Origin: Collinsella sp.
GTDB lineage: Bacteria; Actinomycetota; Coriobacteriia; Coriobacteriales; Coriobacteriaceae
Assembly: GCA_019419425.1 (NCBI GenBank)
Contig: DXZZ01000002.1
Coordinates: 5,526 to 69,525 of the forward strand
Length of the DNA: 64,000 bases
Direction of reading: 5' to 3'
Below the pieces are notes generated by a model. It was not told where the DNA came from. It worked only from the letters and a program-made list of their open reading frames with translations, and did no database searches. Both the position numbers and the translations under genes were made by a program. The number at the start of each line of letters is the position of its first letter. Position 1 is the first letter of the stretch. This document shows, one piece after another, positions 27,158 to 36,958 of this stretch.

Positions 27158-27874
27158 ATGTCCATTTTCGTTACCGGAGACGTTCACGGTGTTGCCGAGT
27201 ACGGGGCGAGCCGCTTCTCGTCGCGCGTTTGGCCATTGGGCCGTACGCTGACGCGCGATGACGTGGTGATCGTTGCCGGCGACTTTGGCTTTATATGGAG
27301 TGGCTCAAACACCGACAAATACTGGCTCGACTGGTTTGAGTCCAAGCCCTGGACTACGTGTTTTGTCGACGGCAATCACGAGAACTATCATCTGCTGGCG
27401 GGGCTGCCGATCCGAGAGTGGAACGGGGGCCTCGTTCACGAGGCTCGCCCGCATGTGCTGCACCTGATGCGCGGAGAGGTGTTCGACATCGCGGGGAACA
27501 CGGTGCTCGCCATGGGTGGCGCCGCGAGCCATGACAAACAGTGGCGCCGGGAGGGAAAGACGTGGTGGCCCGAGGAAATGCCGAGTGAGAGCGAGATGGA
27601 ATACTGTCGCGCCTCGCTCGATCGTGTGGGCTGGAAGGTCGACTATGTTGTGACTCACGAGGCGCCGGTCGATTTGGCAGACGAGCTGTGCATGGAGTGC
27701 AATCGCGAGTTCTACGACGATTCGCTGCAGGCCTTTTTGGGCGAGCTCGACGGGCGACTCGACTACCGCACCTGGTTCTTTGGCCATTACCATGACGATG
27801 AATGGCGCGACGACAAGCATCGCCTGATCTACCAAGATATCGTGCCGATTGAGGCGCGATGCACCGATGAGTAG
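27158..27874 (+). CDS. calcineurin-like metallophosphoesterase
   Basis: GDVHG, AGDFG, DGNHE, VTHEAP, FGHYH. Confidence 0.92.
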   Translation: MSIFVTGDVHGVAEYGASRFSSRVWPLGRTLTRDDVVIVAGDFGFIWSGSNTDKYWLDWFESKPWTTCFVDGNHENYHLLAGLPIREWNGGLVHEARPHVLHLMRGEVFDIAGNTVLAMGGAASHDKQWRREGKTWWPEEMPSESEMEYCRASLDRVGWKVDYVVTHEAPVDLADELCMECNREFYDDSLQAFLGELDGRLDYRTWFFGHYHDDEWRDDKHRLIYQDIVPIEARCTDE

Positions 27875-27922
27875 GGTGGGGCGGCGAGTGGAAATTCTGG
27901 GCAACAGCGTTAGGAGGTTCCC

Positions 27923-28561
27923 ATGATCTGGTTTACCAGCGATACCCACTTTGGACACGAGAACATGCTGCGGCTCGCCGACAGGCCTTGGTCGACTGGT
28001 GCGCAGATGAACGACGCCATGGTCGCCAACATTAATAGCAAGGTCGCTTTGGACGACGAGCTTTATATTCTGGGCGACTTCAGCTTTAAGATGACGGTGC
28101 AAGACGCCTACGAGCTGCGTAAGAGCATTGCATGCAAGCACGTCCATCTGCTGCCTGGCAACCACGACAAAGACTGGACGCAGCCTGCGGTGGCGGATGC
28201 TTTTATCGTCGAGCCGCCCATTTGTGTGCTCAAGATCGACCGCCAAAAAATCGTGCTGAGCCACTATCCCATGGTCGACTGGCAAGGCATGTCGCACGGC
28301 GGCTGGCATCTTCACGGACATATCCACAGCTGCGGCGGCGCGTACAACACGTTCAACCTTAGGCAGGGGCTGCTGCGCTATGACGTGGGCGTGGACGCCA
28401 ACGGCTACGCCCCGGTGAGCCTGGAGGAGCTCAAGTCGTGGTTTGCGCAGGTCGACGAGCCGGCGTGTTGCGTTAAATGGCCGTGGTGGGTCAACGCCAC
28501 GGGCGACGAGCAGATCGAGCACGATCTCGAAGCCTATAAGAGGGAAGTGGTGATCCGATGA
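27923..28561 (+). CDS. calcineurin-like metallophosphoesterase (phage-type subfamily)
   Basis: FTSDTHFGH, LGDF, GNHD, LSHYP, LHGHIH, DVGVDA. Confidence 0.92.
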   Translation: MIWFTSDTHFGHENMLRLADRPWSTGAQMNDAMVANINSKVALDDELYILGDFSFKMTVQDAYELRKSIACKHVHLLPGNHDKDWTQPAVADAFIVEPPICVLKIDRQKIVLSHYPMVDWQGMSHGGWHLHGHIHSCGGAYNTFNLRQGLLRYDVGVDANGYAPVSLEELKSWFAQVDEPACCVKWPWWVNATGDEQIEHDLEAYKREVVIR

Positions 28562-29283
28562 CGGTTTATGTGACGGGTGATGTCCACGGTGGCATCGACA
28601 TGCAAAAGCTCCGCGACTGGGAGCTTGGGGATAGTCTGACGAGCGACGACTATCTGATTATCGCGGGAGACTTTGGCTTTCCGTGGGATTTTTCTGCCGA
28701 GGAATGCGCCGATATCGCCTGGCTGGAGTCGCGCCCCTATACCGTGCTGTTCGTCGACGGCAACCACGAACGCTACGACCATTGGGCGGAGCGCCCCCTG
28801 GAGTTGTGGCACGGTGGACTGACGCAACGCCTGTCGGACACCTCGCCTATACGGCGCCTGACGCGCGGCGAGGTTTTTGAGCTCGGTGGGTCGACGATCT
28901 TTACCATGGGCGGCGCCACGAGTGTGGACAAGGAATACCGCATCCCGTATTCCAGCTGGTGGCCGCAGGAGCTGCCGGGCGAGCGCAACTTTGAGGAGGC
29001 GCGGGCAAAGCTCGATAGCGTGGGCTGGAAGGTCGACTACGTGATCACCCACACCTGCTCCACGCGCATGCTCTCGCCCACGCTCTATCCGGCACCTGGC
29101 TGGAATTATCCAGCTGTCGATCGGCTTACGGCATTTTTCGACGAGCTGGAAGATCGCTTGGACTACAAGCGCTGGTACTACGGGCATTTTCATCGGGATG
29201 CCAACCCGGCCGAGCGCCACACCGTGCTCTACGACTGCATCGTTCGCCTGGGCGGCGAGCTCCAGCCCTGGGACGTTGCGTAG
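28558..29283 (+). CDS. calcineurin-like metallophosphoesterase, paralog of 27158..27874
   Basis: GDVHG, AGDFG, DGNHE, ITHTC, YGHFH; ATGA overlap with the upstream gene. Confidence 0.92.
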   Translation: MTVYVTGDVHGGIDMQKLRDWELGDSLTSDDYLIIAGDFGFPWDFSAEECADIAWLESRPYTVLFVDGNHERYDHWAERPLELWHGGLTQRLSDTSPIRRLTRGEVFELGGSTIFTMGGATSVDKEYRIPYSSWWPQELPGERNFEEARAKLDSVGWKVDYVITHTCSTRMLSPTLYPAPGWNYPAVDRLTAFFDELEDRLDYKRWYYGHFHRDANPAERHTVLYDCIVRLGGELQPWDVA

Positions 29284-29310
29284 GGGCAGGCATAGCGAGC
29301 TCTTCGTATG

Positions 29311-29373
29311 ATGCCTTGGGTAGTTACCCTACATTTTGGCAATAGTCATTATCTGTAGGGTAACTTAAGGCAT
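29311..29373. repeat. interrupted inverted repeat near the island right end
   Basis: AGTTACCCTACA (29322-29333) / TGTAGGGTAACT (29354-29365), with outer arms ATGCCTT / AAGGCAT. Confidence 0.75.
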
Positions 29374-29404
29374 ACTGGGAGCTGGAGGAGATGCTGCTGG
29401 CGGT

Positions 29405-29878
29405 CTAGAGTTTCAACGCCATTCGGTTGGTGCCGGGTAGGGCTGCAAAGCCGAAATGCGCATAGAACGCTGCCGCCTCATCATCTACTGGATCGACAAC
29501 CAAAGCTCGCGCTCCCGCTAGGGCAGAAATTTTCAAGGCGTTTTCGATGGCATCTTTGAGCAACGATGCTCCCAGACCAAGCCCCTTGAATTTCTCATCA
29601 ACCCCCATCATTCCAAGCAACACTGCGGGAACTTGGGAGGGGGAGTTCCGAACGAACCATCCTCCGTCAACATTTTCGCGAGCTACGGAGTGCGTACATA
29701 GCGTATAGAACCCGGCGACTGCGCCGTCGTAATACGATGCGTATATAACCGCCGACCCTCTTCTTCGCGCCGAGGCTGATCTGTTTTTAGCCCATCCGTC
29801 TACAAGGGTATTACCGCAGTGGAAAGCCTCGATGCCTTGACCAACGGGGAGTTGAACGGGCTTGGTAAACGTGCTCAT
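29405..29878 (-). CDS. GNAT-family toxin (TacT/AtaT-like)
   Basis: FHCGN..VDGW, GFYTL, PAVLLGMMGVD..KGLGLGASLL, VVDP..AAAFY..FGF; ATGA overlap with the antitoxin. Confidence 0.88.
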   Translation of the reverse strand: MSTFTKPVQLPVGQGIEAFHCGNTLVDGWAKNRSASARRRGSAVIYASYYDGAVAGFYTLCTHSVARENVDGGWFVRNSPSQVPAVLLGMMGVDEKFKGLGLGASLLKDAIENALKISALAGARALVVDPVDDEAAAFYAHFGFAALPGTNRMALKL

Positions 29879-30141
29879 TCCCAAATCGCTTTACGGTCGA
29901 GCAACGCTTTTGCGGCTTGGGGCATGGGTGAGTCGAGCATTTCGCAAAATGCATCAAAACCATCAGGAGAAAGATAGGTTGTTGACGCCTCGGCGATGTC
30001 ACGTGCGGAGCTCTCGTCAAGGTGAGCCGTGGCCCATTGGGTGAGAGTTTGCCCGCGCAAGGCCGCGGCGCGCTCGTAAGTAAGGCGTTGACGCTCGGTC
30101 AGCCTTAGATCCATACGGCGCTGTTTCTCAATCGTTGGCAT
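29875..30141 (-). CDS. DUF1778 (RHH) antitoxin, TacA-like
   Basis: RMDLRLT..QR..YERAAALRGQTLTQW...LSPDGFDAFCEMLDSP. Confidence 0.88.
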   Translation of the reverse strand: MPTIEKQRRMDLRLTERQRLTYERAAALRGQTLTQWATAHLDESSARDIAEASTTYLSPDGFDAFCEMLDSPMPQAAKALLDRKAIWE

Positions 30142-30161
30142 GGTAAAACCTCCTTTGCATC

Positions 30162-30190
30162 ATTGTACGGAACTATTCCGTACATAACAA
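30162..30190 (-). promoter_or_regulatory. TA operon promoter with palindromic operator
   Basis: Minus strand TTGTTA-N17-TACAAT; inverted repeat TGTACGGAA-cta-TTCCGTACA (30164-30184) covers the spacer. Confidence 0.8.
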
Positions 30191-30244
30191 GATACAGAAT
30201 TACGCACTCGTCGGGGGGGGTAGTGAAGGGGGCAGGGCGTTTGA

Positions 30245-31249
30245 CTACTCGGCCATTACAGTGATGTTCTCGCGGTGCGCGCGGATGACGTCCCAGCTAA
30301 AGTGCTCGACCAGCCGCTCGGCAGAGCGCGGCGTGGTGTCCGGCGCGATGCCCGTTTGCCCGGCGAGCCAGCCCAGCAGCGCTTCGGGCGTGCCAAAGCG
30401 GGCGCGGAGTTCGCCCAGGTCCAGATCGCGGTCTCGTTTGGAAAGGCGGCGGCCGTCCGGTGCCATGAGCAGCGGAATATGTGCGTAGTGCGGCGTGGGC
30501 AGTCCCAACAGGTGCTGCAGATAGATCTGGCGCGGCGTGGACCCCAGCAGGTCGCATCCGCGCACGACCTCGGTGACGCCCATGGCAGCGTCGTCGACCA
30601 CCACGGCTAGCTGATAGGCAAACACGCCGTCGCTGCGGCGCACCAAAAAGTCGCCGCACTCGGTGGCGAGTGCTTCGCATTGGGCGCCGTACGTGCGATC
30701 CACAAATTCGATCACGTCGTCTGCGAGGTCGTCGACGGTGGGCACGCGCAGACGTGTGGCCGGGGCGCGCAGGGCGCTGCGGCGGGCCACCTCCTCGGCC
30801 GAAAGACTTCGGCAGGCGCCACGGTAGATGGGCGTGCCGTCGCTCGCGTGCGGTGCACTCGCGGCGTGGAGCTCGGCGCGTGTGCAAAAGCAGGGATAGG
30901 TGAGGCCGGCGTCTTTCAGCCGGCGCAAGGCGCTCTCGTACAGGTCTAGGCGGTCGTGCTGGTAGTAGGGGCCTTCGTCCCACTCCAGCCCCAGCCAGGC
31001 CAGGTCGTCAATCAATTGGGCGGCAAGTTCCGGGCGCTTGCAGCGATCGTCCAGGTCCTCAATGCGTAACACGATGCTGCCGCCCTGGCTGCGGGCCGAA
31101 AGCCATGCGCACAGGCAGCTGAACACGTTGCCCAGGTGCATACGGCCCGAGGGCGACGGGGCGAAGCGCCCCACGACGGGCGCGGGAGCGGCCGGCGTCG
31201 TTGGCGCGTCGGCGGCGGTTGTTGCTATGTTGCGTGCGTTGATGTCCAT
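30245..31249 (-). CDS. gluQ: glutamyl-Q tRNA(Asp) synthetase
   Basis: GRFAPSPSGRMHLGN, LRIEDLD, YPCFCTR, YQLAVVVDD, RLSKRD; no anticodon-binding domain. Confidence 0.92.
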   Translation of the reverse strand: MDINARNIATTAADAPTTPAAPAPVVGRFAPSPSGRMHLGNVFSCLCAWLSARSQGGSIVLRIEDLDDRCKRPELAAQLIDDLAWLGLEWDEGPYYQHDRLDLYESALRRLKDAGLTYPCFCTRAELHAASAPHASDGTPIYRGACRSLSAEEVARRSALRAPATRLRVPTVDDLADDVIEFVDRTYGAQCEALATECGDFLVRRSDGVFAYQLAVVVDDAAMGVTEVVRGCDLLGSTPRQIYLQHLLGLPTPHYAHIPLLMAPDGRRLSKRDRDLDLGELRARFGTPEALLGWLAGQTGIAPDTTPRSAERLVEHFSWDVIRAHRENITVMAE

Positions 31250-31384
31250 GCGGACGAGTATAGCGCGGGGCGTGGTGGGGGAGACGCTGCCGTGGCCTGC
31301 AAGTTGCTGAGGCCACACGTTGCGCGTGCCGGACCACCGGCTCGGCGCCTTAATCGTCGTCAATCAATCTAGCCCTCAAACGAC

Positions 31385-31422
31385 GGAAACCCCGGCAGCT
31401 CTTCGCAACTGCCGGGGTTTCC
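31385..31422. terminator. 14-bp-stem hairpin in a divergent intergenic region
   Basis: GGAAACCCCGGCAG-N10-CTGCCGGGGTTTCC. Confidence 0.6.
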
Positions 31423-31758
31423 GCGGAAAAGGGGGACATGATCCTCAAGCGGACGGCAAAGGGGCAAACCGTTTTCGCTCAACTGCTTTATGCCCCTCAA
31501 CTGGCGGCTCAATCAGCGCATGCCGCGCCCACACAAAGCCGCTACACCTGTGATGGAGCTATGAAGTGGTATCTATTGCCGGAGCGGGCTATGCCAAGGA
31601 GTGTCCCAGATTGCCGGCAGATAAGGAACGTCCCCAGGTGCCGGCGGCGGGCGTGACTTTTGTCCCGTTTTGACGCTCCGCTGACCTAGATGTTCGTCAC
31701 ATGAACTCGCAAACGTGGGACAATGACGCTACTGGTACCACAGACAAAGGATGTGCCT

Positions 31759-33705
31759 ATGAACGCCCCCGTTGCCCAGCCCTGTCGGCAGCGCCGCCTG
31801 TTTGCGCGGTTCGCTTCCGTCTGCGCACTCGTCGCGCTTGCGTTGTTGCTGCTGCCTGCCGTCGCGCACGCCGACGGCTACTCCATGAGCCAAACCTATA
31901 TCGGTGCCACGGTTGAGGCCGATGGCTCGCTGACCGTTGTCGAGGGACGCCAGTTCGATTTCGACGATGACATTAACGGCGTGTATTGGGATATCAATAC
32001 AGGCTCTAACCAGCAAGGCGGCTCGGTGGTCGTCAATGTGCTGAGCGTCGAGGAAGACGACACTGCGTTTAACAAGGTCGACAGCGCAAATAAAGGCGAC
32101 GACGGCGTTTACACGGTGGAACAGTCCGACGACGGCGTAAAGATTAAGGTGTTCAGCCCTCACGAGAGCGGCGACAGCGCAATCTACTACGTGAGCTACA
32201 CCATGACCGGTGCGGTTATGAACTGGGCCGATACCGCCGAGCTCTACTGGAAGTTCGTGGGTGACGGCTGGTCTGCGGACTCCGATGACGTCGAGATGGA
32301 AGTCTACTTTGCAAATGCCGCTGCCGGGACGGCTGCCGTCAAGGGCGATAACTTCCGCGCATGGGGCCACGGCCCGCTGACGGGCGACGTGTCGCTCGAT
32401 GCGGACGAGCCCATGGTCACCTATACCATTCCCTGCGTGCATGAGGGCGAATTCGCCGAGGCACGCATCGCCTTCCCCAGCGACTGGGTGCCGCAGCTTG
32501 CCGTCTCGGGCGAAAAGCGCATGTCGACGATTCTGAGCGAAGAGAAGGAATGGGCCGACGAGGCCAACGCTCGCCGCGCTCACGCTCGCATGATTGCCAA
32601 TGCGCTTGCCGTGCTAAGTGTTGTCGCGGCGGTGGCCTTTACCGGCACAATCGTTGTGCTCAAGCTGCGCCGCCGCAAGCCCAAGCCGCTTTTCCAGGAC
32701 GAATATTTCCGCGATGTGCCTTCGGCCGACCATCCCGCCGTGCTTTCGGCCCTCATGAGCTGGAACGAGGTGCCCGATCAGGCATATATCGCCACGCTTA
32801 TGAAGCTTACCGACGACCGCGTGATCAAGCTGGAAGAAGCGACCGAGACCAAGAAGAAGGGTCTGCTCCGTCGCGAAAAAGAGGAGCAGACGTATCGCAT
32901 CACAGTGACCGACGAGGCCTGGAAGGCTGCCAAGAAGGACGGCATCGATCGCGATGTGCTCAAGGTCTTCTTCGCCGGCGTTAAGCCCGATAAGGACGGA
33001 GTCCGTTCGCGCACGTTTAGCGAGCTGGAGGAGTACGCTAGCGAGCGCACCACATCTGTTGGCGACAAGCTCGAGGACTATCAGAGCACGGTTAAGGGCA
33101 AGCTGGAGGCGCGCGAGTTTATCGCATCGGATGGCACCATCGCCCTGGTTGCCGGCTTGGTTCTCGGCATCATCATCGTCTTTGGCATTCTGGGCTCTCT
33201 GATCTATACCGACTTTGCGGATGCCAATGTCGGCGCCGCTATGATCTCGATCCCCGTCACGATCGTGGGCTTTGTCCTGAGCTGCACCTTCCGTCGCTAC
33301 ACGCCGGAGGGCGCCGAGGTGGCGGCTCGCTGCAAGGCGCTCAAGCATTGGCTCGAGGACTTTACGCGCCTGAAGGAGGCCGTCCCCAGCGACCTGATCT
33401 TGTGGAACAAGCTGCTGGTGATGGGCGTTGCCCTGGGCGTTTCGAAAGAAGTGCTGCGACAGCTGGCCGAGGCCGTGCCTGCGGATTTGCGCAACAGCGA
33501 CGATTTCTACGACAACTACCCCTGCTACTGGTGGTATTACCATCACTACGGCAACGAGTCTCCGCTCGATTCGTTCAACGATGTGTATCACGAGACCATC
33601 CGCGAGCTGGCTTCGAGTTCCGATAGCTCGAGCGGCGGCAGCGGTGGCGGCTTTTCCGGTGGCGGCGGTGGCGGCGTCGGCGGAGGCGGCGGCGGAACGT
33701 TCTAG
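31759..33705 (+). CDS. DUF2207-family membrane protein
   Basis: Signal peptide, ELYWKFVG, LWNKLLV..ALGV, Gly-rich C-terminus GGGFSGGGGGGVGGGGGGTF. Confidence 0.88.
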   Translation: MNAPVAQPCRQRRLFARFASVCALVALALLLLPAVAHADGYSMSQTYIGATVEADGSLTVVEGRQFDFDDDINGVYWDINTGSNQQGGSVVVNVLSVEEDDTAFNKVDSANKGDDGVYTVEQSDDGVKIKVFSPHESGDSAIYYVSYTMTGAVMNWADTAELYWKFVGDGWSADSDDVEMEVYFANAAAGTAAVKGDNFRAWGHGPLTGDVSLDADEPMVTYTIPCVHEGEFAEARIAFPSDWVPQLAVSGEKRMSTILSEEKEWADEANARRAHARMIANALAVLSVVAAVAFTGTIVVLKLRRRKPKPLFQDEYFRDVPSADHPAVLSALMSWNEVPDQAYIATLMKLTDDRVIKLEEATETKKKGLLRREKEEQTYRITVTDEAWKAAKKDGIDRDVLKVFFAGVKPDKDGVRSRTFSELEEYASERTTSVGDKLEDYQSTVKGKLEAREFIASDGTIALVAGLVLGIIIVFGILGSLIYTDFADANVGAAMISIPVTIVGFVLSCTFRRYTPEGAEVAARCKALKHWLEDFTRLKEAVPSDLILWNKLLVMGVALGVSKEVLRQLAEAVPADLRNSDDFYDNYPCYWWYYHHYGNESPLDSFNDVYHETIRELASSSDSSSGGSGGGFSGGGGGGVGGGGGGTF

Positions 33706-33818
33706 CGAGCGCTTGCTTTGGGGTGGATCTTTCTGGGCGGTTGCCAGGGAAGATTCATCCCATTTTTGTGCATCGAAACGGGTCAAACTTTCCGCTGAGG
33801 ACCTTCGCGCAAGGGGCA

Positions 33819-34048
33819 GTGGACAAAAAATGCCAAATATGAGTACTGTTGCTGCGTTGGTCACATATGTTTGCACATAATAATGGGCTCCTAATGAGAG
33901 TACTTCTCGTTAGGAGCTCATTTTATTGAACATTTGGGGAGTTACGTCAGCTCGTGCAGCTGGTCGTCATGCCTATAAGCATCAAAAATGCCCCGAATCG
34001 CTGCTACTAAAAAGGTAACAGTACTCATATTTGATGTATTTTGACCAC
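33819..34048. mobile_element. 230-bp MITE-like dispersed element, copy 1
   Basis: Terminal inverted repeats GTGGACAAAAAATGCCAAATATGAGTACTGTT / AACAGTACTCATATTTGATGTATTTTGACCAC; second copy at 54879. Confidence 0.7.
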
Positions 34049-34157
34049 GGCTATCTACAAACCCCCTAGGCCACTCATTAGGGACAGACTTAAATGACTA
34101 GTTGTTGGGGATCAGTCATTGGGGACGTTCTTAAATGACTAGGTGTGGCTGCTTGGG

Positions 34158-34799
34158 CTAGGCTGTTAGGTCGAGTTCGTAGAGAAAGCTTTCACGCGGC
34201 ATGTCGTGACGACGCTCTTCGCGGTTGGCGCGGTGCGTGGCCGTGCGCTTAAAGCCGTGCAGCTCGTAGAACTTCCACGAGCAGTTAGAGTCGGTGTACA
34301 AGTGTGCCCTTGTCGCCCCGCGCGAGGACAGGTACGAGACCGCGGCATCGAGCAAAACCGAGCCAACGCCCAGGCCGTGGACATCGGGATCGACGGCGAG
34401 CAGCGTGACTTCGTTGTCGTGCGGCAACGGGCTGCTCTCGAGCAGGCGGTTGTTGGTTCGGATGGTTGCACGCACAAACGAGAGATACTCGGCGCAGGCA
34501 TCAGGCTCCAGTTCACGCATCTGCGATAGCAGCGCGCGTTCGGTATCCATCCAATGTTCCTTAACGGTGGCGCCGGAGCTCTGTCCCGCACGCACGAGCG
34601 AAATGCCACGCGCCTGACCGTCGATTACGGCAACCTGCGAAAACGTCGACGACGAAAGGCAGTAGGCGAGGTCGCACGCGGCCTCGAGGCGGTTGTACTC
34701 ATCGTTATCCGAATTGTTATGCCAAAGCTGCTGCAGAATCAGCGCGATGGCGTCGAAGTCTTCGGTATCAAACGGTCGGTAGAGAGCCCGCGAGACCAT
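34158..34799 (-). CDS. GNAT-family N-acetyltransferase
   Basis: LLAVDPDVHGLGVGSVL, LYTDSNCSWKFYELHGF. Confidence 0.88.
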   Translation of the reverse strand: MVSRALYRPFDTEDFDAIALILQQLWHNNSDNDEYNRLEAACDLAYCLSSSTFSQVAVIDGQARGISLVRAGQSSGATVKEHWMDTERALLSQMRELEPDACAEYLSFVRATIRTNNRLLESSPLPHDNEVTLLAVDPDVHGLGVGSVLLDAAVSYLSSRGATRAHLYTDSNCSWKFYELHGFKRTATHRANREERRHDMPRESFLYELDLTA

Positions 34800-35076
34800 G
34801 GTGCCTCTTTCTTTTGCGGATGCATATCGAGCACAGTTCTACCACGCTATTGGCATCTAATTATGGTGCCCCTGTGTTCCATGAACTCACCGCGCCCGGT
34901 GCTGCGCCCATGCCCTCCGCTCGCAAGCTTTTTCTGCACATGCGACCGTTGCGGGGTGCATCGACGCGCTCGATGCGCTACATTAAATCAGTATTTTCAA
35001 TGCCGCTGCGCGAGCGCTGCAGATCGACGTATCACCGACTCACAGAGCACGGCGGCGTACCAGACAGGAGGACTGC

Positions 35077-36684
35077 ATGGGATCTGATGTGAAGATCGCA
35101 CGCGCGTTGATCTCGGTTACCGATAAGACGGGCGTCGTCGATTTCGCACGGACGCTGGTTGACGACTTTGGCGTCGAGATCATCTCTACGGGCGGCACGG
35201 CTCGTGCCATCGAGGACGCGGGCGTTCCCGTAACCCCCATCGAGGAGTTCACGGGCTATCCCGAGATGATGGACGGCCGCGTCAAGACGCTGCATCCCAA
35301 GGTTCACGGCGCGCTGCTGGCCCGTCGCGATTCCGAGCAGCACATGCAGGAAGCCGCTCAGCACGGCATTAAGCTAATCGACCTGGTCGTCGTCAACCTG
35401 TACGAGTTCGAGAAGACCGTCGCCAACCCCGAGGTCACCTTTGCGGATGCCATCGAGCACATTGACATCGGTGGTCCCTCCATGCTGCGCTCTGCCGCCA
35501 AGAACGCCGCGAGCGTTACCGTCATCTCCGACCCGGCCGACTATGATGCCGTCCTGGCCGAGATGCGCGAGACCGGTGGCTGCACCACGCTTTCCACCCG
35601 TCGCCGCCTGCAGGTGAAGGTCTACCAGACTACCGCCGCCTACGACACGGCTATCTCCCGTTGGCTTGCCGCTCAGGCAAGCGACGTGGCGGACACCTCT
35701 GCCAAGCTCGAGATCTCGCTGGAGAAGGTCGACGACCTGCGCTATGGTGAGAATCCTCAGCAAAAGGCTACGGTCTACCGCTTTGCCGAGGGCTGCGAGA
35801 ACACCGCGAGCTCTCAGTTCCCGCTTGTGGGCTCCGAGCAGATCCAGGGCAAGCCGCTCAGCTACAACAACTATCTGGACGCCGATGCCGCCTGGAACCT
35901 GGTCCGCGAGTTCGACGAGCCGGCCTGCGTGATCCTCAAGCATCAGAACCCCTGCGGTTCCGCCGTTGCCGAGGACATCACGGCCGCCTACGACCGCGCT
36001 TTCGCCTGCGATCCCAAGAGCGCCTTCGGCGGCATCATCGCCTGCAACCGCGAGGTTCCCTTTGAGCTGGTTGAGCACTTCGCCGACCAGAACAAGCAGT
36101 TCGTCGAGGTCATCATCGCCCCGAGCTACACCGATGAGGCGCTCGAGCGCATGGTCAAGCGCCCCAACCTGCGCGTGCTGGCTACCGGCGGCGTGGACCA
36201 CGGTGCCCAGGTGGAGCTGCGCTCCATCGACGGCGGCATGCTGGTGCAGGAGGTCGACCACGTGACCGAGGATCCCGCGACCTTTACGTTCCCCACCGAT
36301 CGCAAGCCCACCGACGCTGAGATGGCCGAGCTCGAGTTTGCCTGGAAGGTCTGCAAGGGCGTTAAGTCCAACGCCATCCTGGTCTCCAAGGGCAAGGCCG
36401 GCATTGGCATGGGCCCTGGTCAGCCCAACCGCGTTGACTCCGCACTGCTTGCCTGCGAACGCGCCGAGGACTTTTGCGAGCGCGAAGGCGTGGAGAAGGG
36501 CGGCTTTGCCTGCGCGAGTGACGCGTTCTTCCCGTTCCGCGACAACGTCGACGTGCTTGCCGCACACGGCGTGACCTGCATCATCCAGCCCGGTGGCTCC
36601 AAGCGCGACGACGAGAGCATCCAGGCCTGCAACGAGCACAATATTGCGATGGTTTTCACGGGTGCCCGCCACTTCCGCCATTAA
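35077..36684 (+). CDS. purH: bifunctional AICAR transformylase / IMP cyclohydrolase
   Basis: [50 protein letters not shown]. Confidence 0.97.
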   Translation: MGSDVKIARALISVTDKTGVVDFARTLVDDFGVEIISTGGTARAIEDAGVPVTPIEEFTGYPEMMDGRVKTLHPKVHGALLARRDSEQHMQEAAQHGIKLIDLVVVNLYEFEKTVANPEVTFADAIEHIDIGGPSMLRSAAKNAASVTVISDPADYDAVLAEMRETGGCTTLSTRRRLQVKVYQTTAAYDTAISRWLAAQASDVADTSAKLEISLEKVDDLRYGENPQQKATVYRFAEGCENTASSQFPLVGSEQIQGKPLSYNNYLDADAAWNLVREFDEPACVILKHQNPCGSAVAEDITAAYDRAFACDPKSAFGGIIACNREVPFELVEHFADQNKQFVEVIIAPSYTDEALERMVKRPNLRVLATGGVDHGAQVELRSIDGGMLVQEVDHVTEDPATFTFPTDRKPTDAEMAELEFAWKVCKGVKSNAILVSKGKAGIGMGPGQPNRVDSALLACERAEDFCEREGVEKGGFACASDAFFPFRDNVDVLAAHGVTCIIQPGGSKRDDESIQACNEHNIAMVFTGARHFRH

Positions 36685-36958
36685 GTAGGGAGGTGGCGCT
36701 GCGGCTTGCCCAACCACCGCACCTTGCCGCTCATTCGTCGCTCGCGTACCCAAGTACGCGTCGCTCCTCTTTCACGGCAATCTGCGGCACCTGGGCAACC
36801 CTCGCCGACCTGTTAGGTTGACTGGGGAGGATGGGATGTTATCTCGTCCCTTGGACCGCCTCGCTTCTAAAATAATCTCTGCAAAAGACGGTCGCTCCGT
36901 TTGGAGGGCCGTCTTTTTGGTATAAGAGGACGGAATGACTAACACGAAAGGTACAACC

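Noticed and set aside
1..30245. Integrase, relaxase, oriT, tRNA-based att site
   Set aside because: None recognisable in this window; the conjugative-element call rests only on VirD4, the surface protein and the cargo
34930..35076. ZMP/ZTP (pfl) riboswitch upstream of purH
   Set aside because: I could not find the conserved GACUGGCG...GCCUGGGC pattern
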